Source: Clostridia bacterium
GTDB taxonomy: Bacteria > Bacillota > Clostridia > TANB77 > CAG-508
NCBI GenBank assembly: GCA_022790575.1
Contig: JAAVXM010000062.1
Location: 1 to 32,000, forward strand
Length of the DNA: 32,000 nt
Direction of reading: 5' to 3'
Shown: one piece after another, positions 9,171-16,300 of the stretch
Layout: each line of letters begins with the position of its first letter
Position numbering within the stretch: position 1 is the stretch's first letter
The notes under the pieces: model-generated
Told to the model about the DNA's origin: nothing
Databases searched by the model: none
What the model saw: only the letters and a program-made list of their open reading frames with translations
Position numbers and translations under genes: made by a program

Positions 9171-10814
9171 CTATTTAAAATATGGAAACATTTTCAGTTT
9201 TATTGGTTTTAAAATTTTACTTCCATCAGACAAAAAAGCTAAAGACGAAAATGTTTCCAAGTTTCTAGTGAAAAAATTAGTGTCAAAAATATAATCATTT
9301 TGATAATATGTGTTATAACTTTCAGTTATATTTGAACCTTTTGAATTTAAAGAATGAGTTATATAATTAAAACGTGTTTCTTTAGCATTTTCTGAAATAC
9401 TGGTGGAAGTTTTTTGCTTGTCTTCTTTACCTAACTGCTTTTGTGCTTCTTCAATAGTATAAATATCATCTGTACGATACCAGATTTTATTTATAAGATT
9501 TTGTATGATAACTTTTACAGAAGAGTCCTCTTTTAGTGTGTTTTTTAAAGAAGAGTAACTTTGCGTACATACAATATTTATACATTTAGCTTCACGACTT
9601 AGAGAAAAGAAGTTGGCATCAGTTTTTGTAACATATTCTGAATATTCATCACAAATAAATGCAGATGTTCTAACTTTATTGTGTGATAAATTATACATGA
9701 CTTCAGATTGGAAGTCTAATTTCAAATATGCTGCTATAGTTTTTGATAGATTTTGATATTCTGCAATATTCATATTAAGAACTACAATTTTTCCTTTTGA
9801 TAACATTGAGTGGAAACCTTTAAAATTTAATTCTGATTTTGGTGCACAAAAAGTTTTGGAAATGGAATAATCTGATACAAACAAGTTTGTAATTCTTGTG
9901 ATTTCTGATTTTAAAATAGATAGTGTACGAGAATCTAAATTGTTAAACTCTTTTTCAAAAAAGTTTAAGGCGGTATTTAATTCATAAATTTGTTCATATG
10001 AATATTTAGAGTTTAAAAATAACTTTTTTAATACCTGTATTTTTGAAGTGTAATAATCAGGCTCTGTAATTAATTTATGTATTTCAGTAAATGTTACATA
10101 TCCATTATTATATAATCTACAAAGTTTAATACTTTCTGCAAGAACTTGCTCTACTTTATCTAGCCAAAATGATTCTGAATTATTCTCAGAAAAAAGTAAT
10201 AGAATAGTTTTTAATCTATTAGCTAGAACCATAGGTGAGAGAAATGGTTTATGTAATGGATTGTATCTAATTCCAGAATTAAGACTTATTTCTATAATGT
10301 CATTATTTAAATTGTATTTTGAAGCTAAATGCTTTATATGATTAAAATAGTTACCTTTTACATCTAAAATTAATATAGCAATTTTATTATTTGGATTTAA
10401 AGAATTATATTGCATTAATTGTTCTGTAAAAGGGTACATTGCAGAGCTCGTCTTACCAGTTCCAATGGTACCAGTAATTAAGAAGTTTTGATATAACCCA
10501 GACTCAGGTATAAATACATTAGAATTTGTAGACTCATCTTTACCTATTAATAAGTTGAATTGATTATTATTTAAAGGAGAGATGGTATTTTCACTATTTT
10601 CATAGGCTGCTTGAAAAACAGAGAATAATGAAATGATTGAATTTAGTAATATTATATTAGAAGTAATATAAAAGAAGATAAATGAAATTTTAATATAAAA
10701 CCATAAAGTTGGATTATCATAACAAATATCAAATGGATGTAAACCAAAAGATATAATTAATTCTTCACATTGGAAAATAGGTAGAAATATTTTATATGCA
10801 TTTAGGCATGACAA
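9171..10814 (-). CDS. Type IV coupling protein-like ATPase (VirD4/TraG/TraD family, 547+ aa)
   Basis: N-terminal TM helices. Walker A is GTIGTGKTSS and Walker B-like is AFICDEYSEY, with the usual ...NIVCTQSYSSL... segment downstream. The listed start is TTG (10814) with no SD. AGGAGG at 10860-10855 followed by in-frame ATT at 10850 suggests the true N-terminus is 12 codons longer. Confidence 0.75.
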   Translation of the reverse strand: MSCLNAYKIFLPIFQCEELIISFGLHPFDICYDNPTLWFYIKISFIFFYITSNIILLNSIISLFSVFQAAYENSENTISPLNNNQFNLLIGKDESTNSNVFIPESGLYQNFLITGTIGTGKTSSAMYPFTEQLMQYNSLNPNNKIAILILDVKGNYFNHIKHLASKYNLNNDIIEISLNSGIRYNPLHKPFLSPMVLANRLKTILLLFSENNSESFWLDKVEQVLAESIKLCRLYNNGYVTFTEIHKLITEPDYYTSKIQVLKKLFLNSKYSYEQIYELNTALNFFEKEFNNLDSRTLSILKSEITRITNLFVSDYSISKTFCAPKSELNFKGFHSMLSKGKIVVLNMNIAEYQNLSKTIAAYLKLDFQSEVMYNLSHNKVRTSAFICDEYSEYVTKTDANFFSLSREAKCINIVCTQSYSSLKNTLKEDSSVKVIIQNLINKIWYRTDDIYTIEEAQKQLGKEDKQKTSTSISENAKETRFNYITHSLNSKGSNITESYNTYYQNDYIFDTNFFTRNLETFSSLAFLSDGSKILKPIKLKMFPYFK

Positions 10815-11151
10815 AAAAAGTAGTGTAAAAATTAAAAATTTTTTTATAATATGACCTCCTATTTTTTTGAAAGATGTTTTTTCAGATTTAATTTTGAACC
10901 TTGTAAATTATGAAATAAATGTATTTCAAAAAACGAATAAATTGAATATAATGTTACAAAACCATTGATAAAATATATTAAAAAGAACAAATTTATTAAG
11001 TTGTTTATAAAATCACCGCCTTAACTGATAAACATAATACAACATTATTTTGGGTTTGTCCATACTTTTTTTAAAAAATTTCAAATTTGTATTTTATTTT
11101 TTGAAAAACATGATATAATAAATAAGTAAAAGAAATTGAAGAAAGGAGAGT

Positions 11152-11376
11152 ATGATTATTTCAAGTTTGATATATCATACAATAAAGAAAATGAAATTTA
11201 ATAAAGATACTAAAATAGGAGAAATATTGGAAATATCGCCAGAAAAAGCAGAGATTTTAATGGAATGTGGAATGCATTGCATAGGATGTCCTGCATCACA
11301 AATGGAAACACTTGAAGAAGCATGTGAAGTACATGGAATAGATGTGAATGAAGTACTAGAAAAGCTAAATTCATAA
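11152..11376 (+). CDS. DUF1858 / hybrid-cluster-protein-associated redox disulfide domain protein
   Basis: Motif GMHCIGCPASQMETLEEACEVHGIDVNEVLEKL. The true start may be the internal ATG at 11191 (MKFNKDTKIGEI...), which fits the usual family length of about 60 aa. Confidence 0.75.
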   Translation: MIISSLIYHTIKKMKFNKDTKIGEILEISPEKAEILMECGMHCIGCPASQMETLEEACEVHGIDVNEVLEKLNS

Positions 11377-11414
11377 AAAAATTTTAGAAAAATAAAAAAA
11401 TTTGAAAAAATGTA

Positions 11415-11443
11415 TTGACAATTTGCAAAAAATAGTGTAATAT
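11415..11443 (+). promoter_or_regulatory. Sigma-A promoter of the tRNA cluster
   Basis: Consensus TTGACA (11415-11420), a 17-nt spacer, then TAATAT (11438-11443), about 28 nt before tRNA-Lys. Confidence 0.6.
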
Positions 11444-11471
11444 TAAAAGGCGTTGTTCAATACACGTATAT

Positions 11472-11547
11472 GGGCTATTAGCTCAGGTGGTAGAGCACTT
11501 GACTTTTAATCAAGTTGTCCCGCGTTCGAGTCGCGGATAGCTCACCA
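11472..11547 (+). tRNA. tRNA-Lys (anticodon TTT), CCA encoded
   Basis: Hand-folded cloverleaf. Acceptor GGGCTAT/ATAGCTC, anticodon stem CTTGA/TCAAG, loop CTTTTAA, T-arm CCGCG-TTCGAGT-CGCGG. Confidence 0.95.
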
Positions 11548-11592
11548 AGTGAATTCTAATCTATTTTATATGATATTAGAATTCATCATTAT

Positions 11593-11667
11593 GGCCCCGT
11601 GGTCAAGAGGTTAAGACATCGCCCTTTCACGGCGGAGACATGGGTTCGATTCCCGTCGGGGTCACCA
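11593..11667 (+). tRNA. tRNA-Glu (anticodon TTC), CCA encoded
   Basis: Acceptor GGCCCCG/CGGGGTC, anticodon stem TCGCC/GGCGG, loop CTTTCAC, T-arm ATGGG-TTCGATT-CCCGT. Confidence 0.95.
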
Positions 11668-11672
11668 CAAAT

Positions 11673-11749
11673 GCCACTTTAGCTCAGCTGGCCAGAGCAC
11701 CGCACTTGTAATGCGGGGGTCCCCAGTTCGAATCTGGGAAGTGGCTCCA
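11673..11749 (+). tRNA. tRNA-Thr (anticodon TGT), CCA encoded
   Basis: Acceptor GCCACTT/AAGTGGC, anticodon stem CCGCA/TGCGG, loop CTTGTAA, T-arm CCCAG-TTCGAAT-CTGGG. Confidence 0.95.
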
Positions 11750-11871
11750 TATAAGGTCAATAGTTTTGAGATAGCTCTTAATTATTGGCTTTTTATTTTG
11801 CCCAAAATACAAACTAAAACATCTAAGAACATAGAAAGTATTTGACAAATAAGTGAGGAAAGGTTTTGAAA

Positions 11872-12591
11872 ATGGAAGAAGTAGTATTAATAACAGGTGC
11901 ATCAAGAGGGATAGGAAGAGAGTTAGCAGACAAATTATCAAAGAAAGGATATAAAATAATAGCAAATTATAACAAGTCAGAAGAACAAGCAAAAAAACTG
12001 AAAGAAGAAAACAAAAATATTGATATATATAAAGCTGATGTATCAAAAAGAGAAGAAGTAAAAAACATGATTAATTATGTAATAAAAGAATATGGAAAAA
12101 TAGATGTATTAATAAACAATGCTGGAATATCTGGAAGTAATATATTTACAGATGTGACAGATATAGAATGGAATAATATAATAAATAACAATTTGTATTC
12201 GACTTTTTGTGTAACACAAGAAGTAGTGAAAAACATGATTAGTAGAAAACAAGGATGTATAATAAATATATCATCTATATGGGGAATGGTAGGGGCGTCA
12301 TGTGAGAGTATATATTCAGTAACAAAGGCAGGAATTGATGCAATGACAAAGTCATTAGCTAAAGAATTGGGACCATCAAATATTAGAGTGAATTCAGTTG
12401 CTCCAGGAATAATTGATACAGACATGAATAGAGACTTAAATGAAGATGATATTGAGAGAATAAAAGAAGAGATTCCACTGGAGAAAATTGGTAAAGTAAA
12501 AGATATATCTAAATGTATAGAGTGGTTAATAGAAGATGATTACACAACAGGCCAAGTTATTTCTATAAATGGTGGTTGGGTAATTATATAA
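11872..12591 (+). CDS. Short-chain dehydrogenase/reductase (3-oxoacyl-ACP reductase FabG-like)
   Basis: TGASRGIG cofactor motif, NNAG, and catalytic S...YSVTK (YxxxK). The ORF track starts at TTG 11866, but ATG 11872 sits 8 nt after GAGGAAAGG and is the more likely start. Confidence 0.9.
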   Translation: MEEVVLITGASRGIGRELADKLSKKGYKIIANYNKSEEQAKKLKEENKNIDIYKADVSKREEVKNMINYVIKEYGKIDVLINNAGISGSNIFTDVTDIEWNNIINNNLYSTFCVTQEVVKNMISRKQGCIINISSIWGMVGASCESIYSVTKAGIDAMTKSLAKELGPSNIRVNSVAPGIIDTDMNRDLNEDDIERIKEEIPLEKIGKVKDISKCIEWLIEDDYTTGQVISINGGWVII

Positions 12592-12622
12592 ATGTGTTAT
12601 GCAAAGATAATATGAAGTAAAC

Positions 12623-12648
12623 AAAAAAAGTGGCAAAGCCACTTTTTT
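12623..12648. terminator. Bidirectional rho-independent terminator between the convergent SDR and CBM-like genes
   Basis: A7-GTGGC-AAA-GCCAC-T6, a GC stem extended by A/T pairing. It overlaps the stop codon of the minus-strand gene. Confidence 0.65.
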
Positions 12649-13117
12649 ATTGTTCATTTGTAGTTTTTCTTTTATAGTTTCCAGAAATTAATTTTGGAAG
12701 ATAAGTTATTATCTTATATACAGCTAATCTGATTTTTTTATTCCATAAATATGTTTTTCTTAATTTCCTTACAGAACCTAAAGAAACAGGTTCATCATCT
12801 AAAACAATTAATTCATTTTGTTGTTTTTCAATAGGAAAAGAATAATTTGTTCCACAATTATTATCCCATTCACCTTTTTCATTGCAGAAACAGAAGTTAA
12901 AGGTATCAAAAGAACCTAATTCAATTTCTGTTTGAAAGCCAAGTTCTGTTTTTTCCATTTTTAAATCATTAAGCTCATCCCAATTATATCCAAATCCATA
13001 ATGAATAAAGACATCTTCTGAAGCATCTTGAAAAAACTGACCTGTATATGAAATTTTAATTTTACTATTTTCTACTAACTTATCTGTATTGAAAAATATG
13101 TTTTTTGTTAATTCCAT
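12647..13117 (-). CDS. Small protein with a CBM25/CBM53-like (starch/glycogen-binding type) domain and a basic C-terminal tail (156 aa)
   Basis: The pattern VFIHYGFGYNW...M......F..EI.L.....FNFCFCNEKGEWDNNCGTNYSF matches the ..hyG..W..../..F.F.....WDNN.G.NY.. signature of these modules as I recall it. Confidence 0.45.
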   Translation of the reverse strand: MELTKNIFFNTDKLVENSKIKISYTGQFFQDASEDVFIHYGFGYNWDELNDLKMEKTELGFQTEIELGSFDTFNFCFCNEKGEWDNNCGTNYSFPIEKQQNELIVLDDEPVSLGSVRKLRKTYLWNKKIRLAVYKIITYLPKLISGNYKRKTTNEQ

Positions 13118-13257
13118 TTCTTAAATCTCCCTCATCTTTTGTTAGCACAATTATAATATTAAATTACACAATATTCAAGTATTTTTTCAAAAAAAATGAA
13201 AAATTTTTGGGAAAAGTGAAAAAATAGCTAAAAATCTAAAGAAATATGCAAAAAAAA

Positions 13258-13286
13258 TTGTCAAAAAAGAAAAAATATGGTATGAT
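13258..13286 (+). promoter_or_regulatory. Extended -10 promoter of the A1-B1 giant gene operon
   Basis: TTGTCA (13258-13263), a 17-nt spacer, then TGG-TATGAT (-10 at 13281-13286). It has nearly the same architecture and flanks as the promoter at 23890. Confidence 0.55.
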
Positions 13287-13353
13287 AAAATAGAGGTAAA
13301 AAATAAATGGAGGAATAAACATCCAATTAAAATAAATCAAGGAGGTAAATGAA

Positions 13354-16300
13354 ATGGAGAAAACATTTTTCAAAAGAATAATAGCATTACTAACGGTGAT
13401 AGTAATAATGGCAGCAGATTTCGTTATACTAGGTACAAACTTAATAAGTTATGCTACAACATTTGATAGTTTAACAAACAATCCAAATGTTGAGTTTTCT
13501 GCGTATTTTAAAACAGAGGAAGGGACAAGAGTAGACAATATAAGCAAAAGTATCAAAAGCAATGGGATGAAATTATATGCAGAAATAAAAGTAAATAAGG
13601 AAGGGTACTTTAATGGAAGTATAGAATTGCAAGAAAGTAACTTTAAATTGAAAAGTAATGTATTGTCAGACAGGATTGCAAGTATAGAAGGGAACAAAAT
13701 CAATCTAAAACAAATAAATGCAGGAGAGACAGTAGAAATAGAAGTTGATATTGAACCAATAGTAGAAGATAAAATAGCAGTAGACATGATGTCAAAAGAA
13801 TCAACAATAAACCTTGCAGGTCAATATATGGAAACAACATATAAGGGAATAGATATAAAGGCAATAAAAACTGTGAAAGCGAACTTTGAGGTAGATGCAG
13901 AAGCACAAGCAGAAATAGAAACAGAAATAATAACAAACCAAGTACTACCAATAAAAGGAGAAAATAAAAGGATAGTACAACTTATGGTAAAATCAAACAT
14001 GCAAGGAAACCAATATCCAATAAAGCAAACAAATATAGATGTTGAAATCCCTGCTCTAAGTGGAAAAGAGCCAGAAGAAATCAAAGTATTATCATTGGGA
14101 ACAAAAGCAACAAATGGAAAAGAAAGTACAGTAATAGAAAGCTTTGACAAAGAAAATGGGAAACTATTATTAACACTAAAAAATGAACCAAATGAAGAAA
14201 ACAAGATAGAATGGAACAAAAAAGAAAAAGATGAGTTAATAATAACATTTATATATGATGAAATGGTAGAAGCAAATGCGATATCAGTAACAACAAATAC
14301 TGAGATAGAGTTATATAATGCAGAAGAAAAGAAAACAGCAACAGATACAAAAACAATAGAAAATCAAACAGTAAACAAAACAATAACAACACAAATAGAA
14401 AGAGACTCAGAAGAAATATATAAAGGTCAATTATATGTAAATGCTAAAACAGAAGCAAATACAGAAGTAAACTACAAAACAAATACAAAGATTAACATAA
14501 CAAATTCAGACATAGTAGACAATATTGTAGTAAATGAAGGGCCAGATATGTATGTAACACAAGAACTTGCTGAGATAGAAGCAAATACAAGATTTGTTAG
14601 CACAGAAATAAACAAAGAAAAGATGTTAAGTTTATTAGGACAAGATGGAACAATTCAAATAAATGATGGAACAAAAACAATAGAAATATCAAAAGATACA
14701 GAAGCAAATGAGAATGGGAATATTGTAATAAATCATGTTGAAAATGTAAACAGATTAGAAATAACACTTAGCAAGCCAGAAAAAGCAGGAGTACTTGAAA
14801 TAAGTCACAATAAAGCCATTGTAAAAAGTTCATATACAATTGAACAATTAAAAACAATAAGTGGGTTAGCATTAACAAGTACAATAAAAGGAAAATTAGA
14901 AGACAAACAAATAGTAGAAAATACAACAAAAAGTACAGTAGAATTAAAAGAAACAAAGACAAAAGCAGAACTAACAGTAAGCAAAGAAAGTTTATCAACA
15001 GTATCTGCAGAAAATGAAGTTATTTTAGGAGTAAAACTAATAACAAATGGAACACAATATGACTTATACAAAAATCCAAAAATAACAATACAATTACCAG
15101 ACACAGTAGAAGAAGTAACAGCAAATGGAGCTGTAAGCAAATTATATGACAATGAATTTAAAGTAAGAGCAATATATAATAAAGAAACAAGGATAATGGA
15201 AATAACATTAGAAGGAGAACAAACAACATATCCAACAGATGAAGCATTACAAGCATATTTACAATTTAACTTAAATTTAAAACTTAGAAAATTAGCACCA
15301 AGTAAAGTAGACAAAATTGTAATGACATATACAAACGAAAATGCAACACAATATGAAGGTGGAACAACAGAAGCTGGAATAGTTGAAAAAGCAATAAACA
15401 TTACATCTCCAAGTGGGCTAATACCTGTAAATACATTAGAAACATATAAAATAGAAGGAATAGCAGGAATAAGTGCAAATAAACAAGTAGCAAATATAGA
15501 CAGAAATACAGCAGGAGGAACAGACTTAACATACAAAATGGAATTAGCAAACAACACAGGAAATGATGTAAAAAATGTAAAAATATTAGGAACAATACCA
15601 GCAAAAGGAACAATAAAAGTAGGAGCAGATGATATTGAAAATACATTAGAAACAACATTAAAAGCAATAAATGCAGAAGGAGCAACAATATATTATAGCA
15701 ATAATATAAATGCAACAGCAGACCTAAATGACACAAACAATGGATGGAACTCAAACTTAGCAGAAGTTGCAAATGCAAAAGCATATTTAATAGTAGTAGA
15801 AAATATAGCAAAAGATGGAAGATATAATGCGACATATACAGTAACATTACCACAAGAACTAGAATATGACCAAACATCATATGCAGGATATAAAGTATTC
15901 TTCAATGAAGGAGAAAACACAATAGAACAAAAAGAAGAGTCAACATTAATAGGAATATCAACAGGAGAAGAATCAAATAATGGCGAGAGAGTTTCAGCAG
16001 GTTCATCACCTGTAGAAGGAATAAATATAGAAACTAGCTTAACAGCTAAAGTAGGAATGGATGAAATAAAAAATGGAGACACTGTAAAAGCTGGAGAAGT
16101 AATAAGATATACAGTAAGAATAAAAAATACAGGGTCAACACCATACACAAATGTTATAGCAAAAGCAAGTATTCCAGAAGGAACTGTATATGTAGAGCCA
16201 GATAAGGGAAATGCAACAATGGATGATTTATTTGATGAAAATGGTAATCCAATAGAAAATGATGAAGATTTAAACTTTGGATATGTATACTCAGGAGATT

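Noticed and set aside
11684-12046. A 120-aa minus-strand ORF.
   Set aside because: It overlaps tRNA-Thr and the 5' end of the SDR gene. Its product is hydrophobic and low-complexity, and it has no SD.
15094-15108. An LPDTV motif in A1 (and the equivalent at 27756-27770 in A2) might be a sortase recognition site.
   Set aside because: It is internal, about 1070 aa from the C-terminus. It is not followed by a hydrophobic segment and a basic tail, and it lacks the terminal Gly.
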